Positions 1-11,800 of a stretch of 20,000 bases of DNA are shown one piece after another. A program made the translations under genes and the position numbers. This stretch comes from Moniliella sp. 'wahieum' (taxonomy: Eukaryota). The notes beneath the pieces are model-generated. The model was not told where the DNA came from. It made no database searches and saw only the letters and a list, made by a program, of their open reading frames with translations. Where the stretch lies: contig RSEE01000080.1 of NCBI GenBank assembly GCA_003971905.1, positions 295,140 through 315,139 of the forward strand, in the 5' to 3' direction. Each line of letters begins with the position of its first letter. Within the stretch, counting starts at the first letter, position 1.

Positions 1-763
1 GTTGCTCAACAACACCCTGCTCGCGACGTGCAGGACACCTTCTTTGTCAAAGGTGCGTATTCCCGACCATATTTTTCTGTGTGAGACTACACCGGGAGGA
101 AACTGACCAAGGCCCCAGACCCGCCCCAATCGACCCACATCCCCGAGGCGTACCTCCAGCGGGTGAAGGATGTGCACGAGGAGGGAGGCTATGGCTCGAT
201 CGGATACCGCTACCCTTTCAGCGAGTCTGTGACGCGGAAGAATGTGCTGCGGACCCACACCACCGCCATCTCCTCGGGCATGTGTACCGGTGGCCAACCA
301 AGAGGGGGGCTTTAAGCCGGCGAAGATGTTCTCGATTGACCGCGTGTTCCGCAACGAGGCACTGGATGCCACCCACCTTGCCGAGTTCCACCAGGTGGAA
401 GGTGTGGTGGCCGACTATGGCATCACGCTCGGCGACCTGATTGGCTTTATGCAGATCTTCTTTGCCAATGGGCGTGACGGACCTGCGCTTCAAGCCGGCC
501 TACAACCCCTACACCGAGCCGTCGCTTGAGATCTTCTCTTACCACAAGGGGCTCAAGAAATGGGTCGAGATTGGCAACTCGGGCATGTTCCGGCCAGAGA
601 TGCTGGGGCCGATGGGCCTGCCCGAGGGGGTCAATGTGCTCGGCTGGGGCTGTCGTTGGAGCGCCCGACCATGATCCGGTACGGCCTCAACAACATCCGG
701 GACTTGGTCGGACACAAGATCTCGATTGAAGGCGTGGGAAGGCGTCGGCGGTGCGTTTTCTAG
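1..763 (+). CDS. FRS2: Cytoplasmic phenylalanyl-tRNA synthetase alpha subunit, 3' part (5'-truncated by window, one intron, several apparent frameshifts)
   Basis: Stitching frames gives [95 protein letters not shown] and [24 protein letters not shown], all hallmark eukaryotic PheRS-alpha motifs. Confidence 0.96.
53..118 (+). other. Spliceosomal intron in PheRS alpha
   Basis: GTGCGT donor, ACTGAC branch site, CAG acceptor. Removal joins TFFVK to DP. Confidence 0.85.
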
Positions 764-1008
764 CTGTCGGGGGGCGAGGGGTGTGGCTGCTGCTGGAGCG
801 CCCCCATCCAATTGATCGATGATTTAGCCATGACGAATGAAGCAATCAATCAATAGCAGAGCGGGCGTGCGCAGGCGTGCTCCGATCCGTAGCCACACGC
901 AGGCGGAAGTGCTGACGTGGAATTCCGCCCCCTCGCGGCCGCTGGCTGTCTCCCCGCGCTGCTCCACCTTGGCCGCCGACGACAACGACGACGGGGCCGG
1001 CCTTCCCG

Positions 1009-3879
1009 ATGCTCAGCTCGCGGCCCAACTTGCCAGCCCGGCGCAAGCCCACGCGTGGCGCGTCGGTAATCGACGAGGACAACTGGTGCACCGCGCTCAC
1101 CTTTGGCGATGGATACAACCCCAGCGCGCTGATGGAGACGCTGACCGGCCGTCTGTCGAGGCGGCGCGGTCCGAGCGCGGGTCGGCGCCGACGGGAGAGC
1201 AGGTGCCGTTCAATGCCAAGCCGTTTATCGCCGCCTTTGAGGCAGCCCAAGCCCAGCTGCGCACCCTCCGCACCGATGTTGACCGCGACACGGCCGAGCT
1301 GGCCGCGAGTGCGGAGGTGGCCAACAACCAGTACTCAGCCCGCCTCTCTGAGCTCGGTCGTAACTTCGATGCGGTGGGGACCAGCTTTGGGGCTCTGGAG
1401 GAACGCATCAGCGACGTGTCCCGCGTCAGCGTGCGTGTTGGCGAACAGTTGGCCAGCTTGGATCGCCAGCGTCGCCGCGCCACCGAGGCCCACGCCTTGA
1501 TCCGCTACTACTACCAGTTTGCCCAAGGCGACAGCACCCAGCTCGATGCGCTCCGCAAAGACGGCGGCAAGGACGGTCGGCTGCGAACGGCCGTGATTGC
1601 TCGCCGCCTCCAGGCCATCTCGCGCGAGATCGATTGCCCGGGGCGGAGAAGACGCGGGACGCGATTGATGTGTACTGCGAGCGGTTTGAGCGCGATATGC
1701 TGCGCATCTTTGACAAGTACTATCGCCGCTCCGACCCACGCATGATGGCCCACATTGCCCGTGTGCTGCAGAACTTAATGGTGGTCACAGCGCCATCAAC
1801 CTTATGTGAACCAGCACGATTTCTTCATCAATACAGAGCAGATCCGCGACATGAACCGGGTGTCCGCTTCCCCCATTTGGGCCACCATCACCGATCCCTC
1901 CGCTCCGGCACCCAGAACGACCCATCCCTTGATCTACTGCTGGACGAGATTCGCAAGACGGTGGACATGGAGGCACAGATCATCGCTGCCGTCTTCCCCA
2001 GCCCAGGGGTAGTAATGCAAACGTTCCTCCAGCGCGTCTTTGCCCAATGCATTCAAGGCCACGTCGAGCTTCTCCTCGAACGTGCGCAGGAATCCACCCC
2101 CTCCGAATCCGACGTCACTGGCTCTTCTCATTCTGATTTGGCTGTCCTTCGTGTGCTCCAGCTCGCGCGCGATAAGGTGCTGGAACTGGTCGAGGCACTA
2201 AAGCAGTACGATGCCAAAGCCGAGACCGTACCGGAGACGTCGGGCCTGGATTCGAGCATGGGGAGAATGGGGGCAACATGGGCGCAGCGACAGCGCGCAG
2301 TGCCACTCTCAGTACCATGCTCGACTCGAGTGCGGAGGAATGTTTGTCACGTATCTCGAGGGCAGCTCGTACGTTGACCGCGAGCAGAGGAGTTTGGTCG
2401 ACCTTACAGCTCGGCCCTGGAGAGGTTTGCTGAAGCCATCGCGCGCTAGGCCAAGAGCCGACAGGCCGGTGGCTTGCTGGGGCGCGTACGAGGGGCGACA
2501 GGCATGCCGGCGATTGGTGCAAGCGCAGGTAAAAATGTGGGTAGCGCCTTCTCCAAGTTACAGGGTTCATGAATATGCGCACACCAGTGCGAGCCCAGCT
2601 CCGGGGACTCCCCCACTCCAGAGGAAGCCTCGACGGCCGCCACTGTGACCTCGGAGGACACTGCTGTCACTGCCGACGAATCGCTCTTGAATATGGAACA
2701 GGCGGCGCGGATGTTGCAGTGGCACGCAGAGGCGATTGGACGATGTGTCGATTTGAGCCCCGCTGCCGACGTGCCCAAGAATGTGTTTGCTCTTGTTCAG
2801 GTTTTGGCGGAATACTTCAACAACCATTGGGTTGAGGTCTCCCTGGAGAGTGCCCTCCTCTCTGTCTCGGCTATCGCAACCGGTAGTACGTCGGACCTGT
2901 TAAGCAATGTGGCGGGGGACACATTTGTCGCTGCACTCGAGGTGCTGCACCAGGTGGAGCTGATCTGCTCCCTGTGGCAACATTACATTGCCACAGCCAT
3001 CCTCCCTCTCGTCACTACCTCTATGACGGTTCGCAGGGAGGTGGCAGTGTTCAATCACCACAACCGCCTACGAATCGAGGGCAAGTGCGAGAACTCACCC
3101 AGAAGCTAGTCGACAGTACGTCCTACTCGCCCCCCCCTTTCCTCCAGGCTGTGCTGACCCCCCTCCCCTCCCCTCCCCTCCCGCCCACTTCCTTTCCCAC
3201 TACAGCATCATCATTGCTCTGCATGCACGCTTATCGCAACTGCAGAAGAAAACCGATTTTAACCCCAAGAACGATGACATTGTGTTTAGCAAGAGCAACA
3301 CGGATGCCTGTGTGGCGTGTGTGGAACTGCTGGAGCGTTTGGAGGAGCATTTAAACATGCCTCGCACCGGCCAACCACGACGCTGGCAGCTGAGGTGGGG
3401 TCGTATTCCATGCCCCTGCTGGAGCATCTCAAGAAATACCCTGTCAGTGCGGCTGGCGGCCTTGTGTTCTGGGCAAAGACCTGGCCAAGTACCAAGATGC
3501 GGTGGCCAAGTTTGGCATCGCTGCGTTGGGGGAACGATTTGAGATGCTGCGCCAGTTGGGCAACCTGTTCATTGTCCAGCCTGCCTCGCTGGCTCAGTAC
3601 ATGCAGGAGTCCCACCTTGCCTCCATCGACCGCCGCTGCTGCGGCCGTACCTGCTGAAGCGCACCGACTACTCGGCGGTCAAGGAGCTGGCCTCGGCGCC
3701 CTATCATCCCGCCTGTCGGCCGTGGCAGCGCCCGTTGGCGACAGCTACGTCGAGCCGGGAACGGCTACGGCCACTCGCACCTCCTCCTCTACTTGGCGGA
3801 CACCATTCGTCGCCTGGAGGAGCAGGCTCGTGTCGCCCTGCGGCAGTGTAGGACGTTTGGTGTATGTTTGTACCTCTAA
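1009..3879 (+). CDS. SEC10: Exocyst complex component Sec10 (one intron, multiple apparent frameshifts; 3' end approximate)
   Basis: Segments match fungal Sec10 from memory: FNAKPFIAAFEAA, SFGALEERISDVSRVSVRVGEQLASLD, IDVYCERFERDMLRIFDKYYRRSDPRMMAHIARVL, VFPSPGVVMQTFLQRVFAQCIQ, AARMLQWHAEAIGRCVDLS, QKKTDFNPKNDDIVFSKSNTDAC, LLEHLKKYPVSAAGGL, RFEMLRQLGNLFIVQP. Confidence 0.92.
3116..3205 (+). other. Spliceosomal intron in SEC10
   Basis: GTACGT donor, GCTGAC branch-like site, pyrimidine tract, TACAG acceptor. Removal joins QKLVD to SIIIALHARLSQLQKKTDF. Confidence 0.8.
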
Positions 3880-4167
3880 CCCTGGACAAGGGCGGCGGTA
3901 CTACTGTAGTGTGCTCGGTAGGTGAAAGAGGGCGGGGCCCGGGATGCTCAGCTCAGTTGCTGTGGAAATCTCCTAACCCTCCCAGTGGTGTGAGAGGTTT
4001 TGGGAAGGCAGACAATGGGTCTCCATTAGGGATTTCGGAGTAAGAGCCGCTAACCCAAATCTTATGGGAGGACAGAGTTGCTGAGCGGACCGGTGGAGCA
4101 GAGTGCTTCAATGCCGTATTCAAGCATCCAGGTCCCTTTAGATAGGTAAGGGGCACCTCACAACCAG

Positions 4168-4255
4168 TCCTCGATGGTCCAACGGCTATGATGTGACGCT
4201 CTCACGCGGCTTGCGCGGAACCGTCAAGACCCGGGTTCGACTCCCGGTCGGGGAA
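4168..4255 (+). tRNA. tRNA-Glu (CTC) with a 16-nt intron at the canonical 37/38 position (4205-4220)
   Basis: Acceptor stem TCCTCGA/TCGGGGA, anticodon stem TGACG/CGTCA, anticodon CTC at 4201-4203, T-arm CCGGG-TTCGACT-CCCGG. Confidence 0.95.
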
Positions 4256-4257
4256 TA

Positions 4258-4263
4258 TTTTTT
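4258..4263 (+). terminator. RNA polymerase III oligo-T terminator
   Basis: T6 run starting 3 nt after the tRNA discriminator base. Confidence 0.8.
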
Positions 4264-4394
4264 GCCTCGGGTGCTGGGCGCGGGTGGGGACACTCACCAG
4301 CCGGTGCAACACGCAGAATTACAAATTTCATCGGTGCTGCGGCCAAGCTGTGGCTGGCTGCGGCTGCTGGGCGCAGCCAACAACCGCCTCCACC

Positions 4395-5402
4395 ATGTCG
4401 GGCGTTGGACCTGGGCCGGAGCCCCATGTGGGTGCTGGCGTGTCGACGGATGTGCGGCGCCGCGCCCGGCTCGACACGGGCCGGATGGCGCGTACCGCCG
4501 CCCGGGCGTGCCGCTGCCGCCTGCCGCTGCCGCCGCCAACACGCAAGGCCTTCCGCGCGGGAAGAACCCGCTTCCCTCCGCGCGGCCGCCGTCGCGGCCG
4601 AAGCACGCCAAGACACGCTCGACCAGGCTTCCGAGCAGACGCTGCGCACCGTCGATGCACACATCGAGACGCTCGTCGACAGCATGGGCGCGCTGGTGCA
4701 GCTGACAAGTGTACGCCGCCCCTCCGACTCGTCGGCCACCCCCCACTGACCTTCTCGTTCGTTGTTGCAGGTGGGCGACAAGGCGGACCATCTGGTCCTG
4801 GAGGACAATCTCGCCATGGCCGCCAAGGCCGACGCGATGGTCCTGCGGCGACGTCCTTGGTGTCCCTCAGCCGCGCGCTGAGTGTGTCCCTCTGCCTGGC
4901 CCCGGCGCCCCCGCCTCGAGGCAGCCCCCGCGGCCACGGCGCCGCCACGCCTTCTGCTCCAGAGCCTGCTGCCGCCTCGGGCACTGCCCCTGCGCCAAGC
5001 ACCACACCACCGGCCCCGCGGCCGCGCCGGCACCCGTCTGCGCCTCCGCCTGCGCCCCTCGGGCCCCGGGCCCAAGCCCAGTGGACGAGCGGGTGGCGCT
5101 GCTGGCGTCGCTCATCGCAGCGCGGCGCGAGGCGGCTGGGTACATTGATCTCCTCCCGTGCCGCTGCACGCCCTCCGCCCAGCGACACGCCGGCTGCTGC
5201 CTTGGATGCATCCGCGCCCCGGCAGCCTGAGGCGCGCTCAGCTACCGAGAGCGATGAGATGCCGGCACAGCGCCCCCCAAACGAGGTTGACCACCAGCTG
5301 AATGGCACCCAAGGCGGAAGCGAGGGTGCCCAAGACGGGAGCGAGGGTGGTGGAGTACCAACTTATGGGGTTAGCCCCGCCTTGGGCCAACCAACGGCGT
5401 GA
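4395..5402 (+). CDS. MED22: Probable Mediator subunit Med22 (Srb6) with low-complexity extensions (intron 4711-4770; frameshifts; ends approximate)
   Basis: Spliced core EQTLRTVDAHIETLVDSMGALVQLTS/VGDKADHLVLEDNLAMAAKADAMV...LSRALSVSLCL resembles the Med22 helical pattern. The intron has GTACGC..ACTGAC..GCAG signals, and the start codon has a CACCATG context. Confidence 0.6.
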   Translation: MSGVGPGPEPHVGAGVSTDVRRRARLDTGRMARTAARACRCRLPLPPPTRKAFRAGRTRFPPRGRRRGRSTPRHARPGFRADAAHRRCTHRDARRQHGRAGAADKCTPPLRLVGHPPLTFSFVVAGGRQGGPSGPGGQSRHGRQGRRDGPAATSLVSLSRALSVSLCLAPAPPPRGSPRGHGAATPSAPEPAAASGTAPAPSTTPPAPRPRRHPSAPPPAPLGPRAQAQWTSGWRCWRRSSQRGARRLGTLISSRAAARPPPSDTPAAALDASAPRQPEARSATESDEMPAQRPPNEVDHQLNGTQGGSEGAQDGSEGGGVPTYGVSPALGQPTA

Positions 5403-5570
5403 GAGAACACACTGAAATACACGCCCTTGTTTGCGCGCCCGTGCCTTGTTCCCGCCGTCCCCCAGGTCGCTGGGGTTTTCTTATGCCCCCTTCCCCCCCC
5501 CAGGCTCTGACCATTTTGAGCCTTGCCATCTTGTATTCTCCTCTCATTCTTACGCTGTGGGAATCCTGTA

Positions 5571-8500
5571 CTATCTCGCTACGATCCAGATTTTGGTGGG
5601 AGTTATAGCACTAAGGGGCAACAGATTCAAGTGGTGCGTTAAGACGTGCAAATGGAAAGACATCAAGCTGCTGGTGAGGGGGCGGGACATCAAGAGGGGG
5701 AGGGAGGTTGGGGTGGTAAAGAGTGTAGGCGACTCCTTCACACGCTCCCCTGCCAGCCGGGCCGCCTCGACTGACCAGGGGCCTGGGCCAAAGACATGAT
5801 GCAAGGCCGAGAAAACATCGTGCACATAGTGGATCTCCATCGCGTCTCGCACCTCCTTGGCCACATCCGTCTCCACCCGCGGCTGCACCGCCGCGGGCAA
5901 AACCAATGTCTTCATCCCGTTTCGGTGCGCCGCGATCAGTTTCTCTTTCAGTCCGCCCACTGGCAGAACCATTCCGCGCAATGACGCCTCCCCGGTCATG
6001 GCGAGTGTATGGGGCACGGGCCGCTGCAAGACCAGAGAGACGAGCAAGTGATCAACGCCACTCCGGCCGAAGGACCGTCCTTGGGCGTCTGGCCCTCGGG
6101 CATGTGCACATGCAGGTCTTGCTTCTCCATCCACGCCGGGTCCACTCCCAGCAGCGACGCATTCGACTTGACCCAGCTCAGGGCAAGCTGCGCTGACTCT
6201 TGGATCACTGTCCTAGGCTCCCTGTCAGCCGAACTGGCCTGTGCCTGGCATAAGCGTCGCCTCAATCGGCGTCAACGATCCGGCGCCTGACTCGGTGTAT
6301 GCCAGCCCATTCGACACACCCGATGGCATAACCGTTGGGAAGAGCCGGTCGGTGTTGGGGTAGGGCGGGCCCAGGAAATCGTGCACATCAGCCTCACTGA
6401 TAACCAGGGAGAAGTCAGAAGGCAGGTGGAGGCGTTGAATCAATGGCACCACCTTCTTCTCCTCAGCCGGGGCCGTATTCTTCGCCACGTCCTGCTCCAC
6501 AGAACTACTCTCCGTCGAGGCGGGTTTGACCGCTTCATCCTCAGAAGTGGCCTTCCGTTTCAAGGCATCAGCCTACCGCTTCTTGGGCCGCCTCCTCAAG
6601 CACGTCGCCATACTGCGTCACGAGGCGGTATGCAATCTTGCGGTACACCTTGTTGAGGGTCTTTTGCAACCCACGCACCCCAGATTCCCGAATGTAACCT
6701 TCGAGAATATGGGTGATGACCGAATCGGCATGGTGATGTTGCCTCCCTGCAACCCGTTCTCCTCCATTGCATTGGGAATCAGGTAGCCTTTGGCGATTTG
6801 GAATTGCTCAGCAGGGGTATAAGAACTGACTGGGATAGCCTCCATCCGGTCCCACAGCGGTCGTGGGATACGCGATGGGTCGTTCGCAGTACACACAAAC
6901 AGAACCCGCGACAGGTCCACAGGCACGTCCAGATAGTGGTCCAGGAAGTTGTGGTTCTGCTCTGGGTCAAGCATCTCCAGCAGCGCAGCAGAAGGGTCGC
7001 CACCATGTGCTCGCCCGCCCCTACCTTGTCCACCTCATCCAGAAGGATCACTGGGTTCTCACTTTGCGTCGCTTTCAGGGCCTGCACCGCCTTTCCGGGC
7101 ATTGCTGCCACATACGTTCGCCGATGACCTTTGATCTCTGCATAATCCCCTAGCCCACCTAGGGAGAAGCGGAAAAATTTGCGGTCAGTCGCCCGCGCGA
7201 TCGACTTGCCAATGGACGTCTTGCCCACTCCTGGTGGGCCATGGAGACAGATGATTTTTCCTTGGATCGACCCTTGAGCTGACCGACGGCAAGGAACTCG
7301 AGAATGCGATCTTTAACGTCCTTCAGGCCATAATGGTCCTTGTCCAAAACCGCTTGCGCATTCTTGGTCGACAAGCGCTCCTTGGTCGTGATCCCCCAGG
7401 GAGGGAGGTAAGCCATTCAAGGTAGTTGCGCGAAACGTTCGAGTCGTGGCTTTGGCTCTCGGGAGACCGGAACTTGCTCAGTTCCTCGTCGAATGCTTTC
7501 CGTGCGTCGGGTGGCATCGCGAGCGAATCCGCTTTGGCCTGGAACTTGGCCACCAACGTCTCCTTCTCGGCCTCTGTGCCCAGTTCCTTCTTGATCTGCT
7601 TCATCTGCTCTTGCAGCACGTACTCCTTGTGCCGCTTCTGGGTTTTCTGGTCAGTCTCGCGTGAAAAGCGGATCTGCATCTCAAGGTTCATCAGGTCCTT
7701 TTGCGCCGTAGCCAAGGCCAGGGTCAGCGTTCTTCAATGTGCCGCGCAGAGAGCAACTTTTGCAACTCCTCCCCGGCCTCGATCCCACTAATGGCAGCCA
7801 CAAAGTCGCACAACCGCTCAGGGTCCGACAGCATCTCGGGCGAGATCTCGTTCTTGTATAGCGCCAAGTTGGTGTCGGACGCTGGAGTGCGAGAGGTCAG
7901 GTTCCAATACGAGTTGAGGGTGGAAATAATCTCGTTCATCTTGTTCTTCATCGAGGTGGTCAATTCGTATGGCGCCAGCGGAAGTTATGACTTGCACCAT
8001 TGTCACAGGGTCATCGTGCAGCAACGCCACCTGGCCCGTCTCCGCCTGCCGTACCCCCTCTCGCGGGAACAGGAGTCGACTCAGTGCTGCCACGATCCGC
8101 TGCCTCACTCTCGGACGCAACGCGGGGAAGCACGACAGACCCTGGCTGGAACACATCCTCAATCGCGATCCTCCGCATCGGGATGAGCAGTACAGAGAGC
8201 TTGTCCCCTTCGGGAGGGGTGGTCGTAGTGGCCGGGGCGGGGACGAAGACGGAGACCCACTCTCACTGGGTGTTACGGGGCGCGAGCGCCAGGTGGAAGT
8301 GATGCGACACAAAACACCACATCGTGCACCTGCTCGGGAGCGGTAATGATGTCCGTGTCCTCGCCGTCGTCTTTCAGCAGAAAAGCACCGACCCAGGGCT
8401 CGGGAATTGGCCACCTTCTCAAGTGCGCCATGGCCTTGGGGTCGGTGACGACGACACCTTGCGGTGGGAGGGAAAGAGAGGCGGCTGGTGATGGGCAGCG

Positions 8501-8854
8501 CGAGCACTTGTGGGAATGTCTCTGGCTGAGGGAGGGAGGGAGGCTTGCTGCCGTTGCCGTTGCCGTTGCCGTCGCCGTCGGCGCTGTCGCCAGAACCAGT
8601 GGAACTACCGCTGGTGGGGGCGCGGTGCCAGCGCTGAGGGACAGTGACGGTGCACCGGAAAGGGCGATGTAGCTGGGACGGAGCTGGTGGGGGCGCGTGC
8701 GGGTTGGCGGCGCAGCAAGGGCGAGGGCTGGGCGCGTGGCGGCGGGGCGAGGGTGCGGCGGGGCACCCGAGGCGTACAGGGGGCAGAGAGCGGGGCGGAC
8801 AAGCGTCCGGACAGATGTGCCGCCGCGCAGAACGGCGCGCGTGGTGGGCAGCAT
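5571..8854 (-). CDS. PIM1: Mitochondrial ATP-dependent Lon protease (multiple apparent frameshifts; stop position approximate)
   Basis: Arg-rich presequence [59 protein letters not shown]; Walker [10 protein letters not shown] (about 7215-7240); [15 protein letters not shown]; Walker [22 protein letters not shown]; catalytic Ser motif PKDGPSAG and catalytic Lys motif VGGLKEK. Confidence 0.96.
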
Positions 8855-11800
8855 GGGGTGGGGGTGCGGGGGTGGTGGTGGTGGTGGCGGGGGCAGGGCG
8901 TTGGCTTGCTGATCCGACCGATAGTGGCGGCGGCGGCTGGTTGTAATCTCAGGGTCTGACGCCACCCGGCGATATCCATCCTAATCTGCCGCTTCCAGCT
9001 TTAAATTTCAAACGTCACGCGTCAAAGCTTCAGCTTGAATATTCAAGCGGCGTCCAGAACAGGGCCGAAGCCCCCGCCGTTCCGCCTGGCGACGGGTATG
9101 CCTGCTGCCTCCAGCTGCTCCAGGCGCCCCCCCCCCCCCATCCCGCCCCTGGTCCTCAAGCCCTTGCCAAGCTCGTTCCTTGCTTTCATCTGGAACGCTC
9201 CCGTCTCTGTAAGCATGCCCCGCCATCATCCCAGGTTGCCGTGCTCGGGGGGTTGTTTAATTTGGTGCGGAGAGAAAGCCTCGGCAGCATAGGGCGATTA
9301 TTTACCAAGTATAGCGGCGCCAACGTCGCGCAAGATATTGTGAAAGTGCATTCACACGTCTAGTCCTTGAGCATGGCTGCAAGGCGGTAGGGAAGGCGAC
9401 CGAGATGGGACATGTCGAATGGTTAGCGTACGGCTGCTGAAGCAGGCGGGTGAAGCTCGGATACAGTTTTCGCGCGTCCCTTCCAGGCAAACACCAAACT
9501 AAGGCCGGTCGTACAGACCACACCGAAGGCAGAGCAGTGCGCGTACTTGCCTTGAGAGGCGGCTGCCTATCGAGGCAAGGACAGGAGTGCCTGCACTTTT
9601 ACCGCGTACGCGTCGCATGCCTGTGGATAAGAGGCATCGATGCAGCCCAGTTCCCTTGTTTGTAAGTATGTACGTCGCAATTTCGCTGGGACTGTCTAGC
9701 CGGCATCTGGTGTCAGGAACTCCCACCAAAAGAAGCACAAGAGAACACAAGAGAACCAAAAGAACGTGGACAACGTGCCATCAACAATTTGGGCTAGTAT
9801 CTTCATCGAACCCATGTGCGCACCAAGTGTTGGTGAGATACCGCCCATTTCGATGACAGCTGATCGCATTGTTGGGAGCCCGGGGACGTCGAGCCACCTT
9901 CCTAGGGTATGGTCATGGTGTACGGCACTGCACGCAACAGTACCAGGGCCACAAAGCGAACAAAGATGATCAGCATTGCCATACTCATGACAGGCAGACG
10001 GGTGTACTCGTGGCTGGAGCAAAGATTGGGGCCCCACGGGATGAAGCACTGAGAGGCGCATCGAACGTTATGCCTCACTGTACCAACCAAAGAAGGGAAT
10101 TCCACTTTGAGGGGCACTGCTTCTTGGAAGAGTTGGCATAAGTAGAAGGCCAGACAGGCAGCAATCGAACATCACGTATTCCTTTCGCCAGCGTTTGAAG
10201 GCAGCGGCCAACACCTGCATGACCCTCCATTGAATCCCCATATCGCACATAGCAGCCCCACCCAACTCAAAACATGTACGGTAAACGGTGCACCTTAGCG
10301 GGCGACAAAGGAAGAAAGACCAGCGATGTGCTAGCAATGCTCGAGAGCACATTGGTTATCTTGTTGCCTATTAGTCGGCAAGGAAAACGTAGTACAGGGG
10401 AAAACCTGTGCGATCAAGTGGTGAAGGTGTTTCTTAATGACCATGCCACCTCCCTCTTCCTAGACGCTCCCAATGCACCCAGTTGTAGCGCGATCCTTGT
10501 TTTCCCATCTTGTTTGGGTCGAAGCTAGTAGGCTGCACATTGTGATGCGCATCCTGTTTTCATATGCGAAAGTCATGATGGGCCAAAGGAGCAAACGTGA
10601 GGACTTACTGCAAGTTCTCCATGTATGCAGCTAATAACAAGCTGACATTTGGTATACCCTTTTTGGATGTGTACGGGCCGGGGATGGGGGCGTGAAAGGA
10701 ATGCAGGATGGACTCGATCCTTCGCGCCGGGTTGAGACCAAGAATTGAACGTAGCGCCGGGAGGGCGCTCACCAGCCTCCCTGCAAATGAACGCCACTGT
10801 TTGTTTCGAGAGAGAGGGGATTAAGCGCCGCTTTCGGCGAATCGAGCCGGTGCTTTACACCCCGATCCCGCGAAAGGCCGCACATTGGTCGTCCAGCCGC
10901 AGTCAGCCGGAACAACGCACATGCTGAAAGTGCTGGCCAGAACAATGACTTGGCATACGTGGTGGTGGTGGTGTGGCAAAGAGCAGGCGGCTACAGGCCA
11001 GACCAATTGTGATGTCAACGTTGCAGATGCACACGTGCACGGGCTTATGGCACTAGGGTTAGGAATATATCCAGCCACACTATTAACGTCTCAGGGAACG
11101 ACGGTTAAACTCCAGCATGGCTAGTGCTACGTCCAAGTGGGATTAGTACAACGTGAAGAGTGAGTAAGTACCACTGGGTGTAGGGTGGCGACGGGGGGGG
11201 GGGGGGGGGGGGCGATCGTTTGGCAGGGTCAGGGTGCAAAGTTGGTGGTACTATGCGGTGCAGCTGCTCACAGAGTGGGCGGTGCGGGGCGTGTCATACT
11301 AGGAAGAATAGGAGTTCTGGAAGGAGGCTATGTGTGGGCAGAAAGAGATGCGTGGGGGTGCACCTGGAGAGGGGGAGGAGAGAAAGAATGGCGGCGCCGA
11401 GGATTCCGATGCGGGGCTCATCTTCCATCGCGGAAATACTGACCGGTAATGCTGTGGTGGCTGTCGCAGATCGGACGGATGGGGTGCATTCACAGTTCTT
11501 CTATGGCGGCGGATGGTGAGGGGTGGTAGAGTAGAGGGATATGAGGGTATGCATTGATCTGTGGGGGATGGGGAGGCAGTGACACTCTGCCCAAGCGGCC
11601 TACTTGAACAGTATATTCACAAGTCAGCATCTGCAGAGGGTCAGTATACGTATACAAGTCGGAAGAAGGTCTATATCTACGAGTCAGATCCTTACAGAGG
11701 GGTTTCGTAACAGATAGGAGCCCGGGAAGAGGGGGGAGGGGATCAAAAGGCAATTCACTTTCTTTTCCACTCTTTTTTCTTTGCCAATTTGTCGTATGGT

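Noticed and set aside
4193..5308. Long overlapping Arg/Ala/Pro-rich ORFs on both strands
   Set aside because: Expected artefacts of very high GC content around the Med22-like gene.
8550..8890. (GTTGCC)n and (GGT)n microsatellites
   Set aside because: Low-complexity Ala-Thr coding tract in the Lon N-terminus and a simple repeat just upstream of its start codon; ordinary.
11054..11063. TAGGGTTAGG (CCUAACCCUA on minus) as a telomerase RNA template
   Set aside because: A 10-nt match only. Similar CTAACCC motifs occur at about 3876, 3973 and 4050, and I could see no pseudoknot or other telomerase RNA element.
11060..11068. ATATTCCTA on the minus strand, identical to the U17/snR30 m1 motif
   Set aside because: No AAACCAT m2 motif or correctly spaced ACA box follows.
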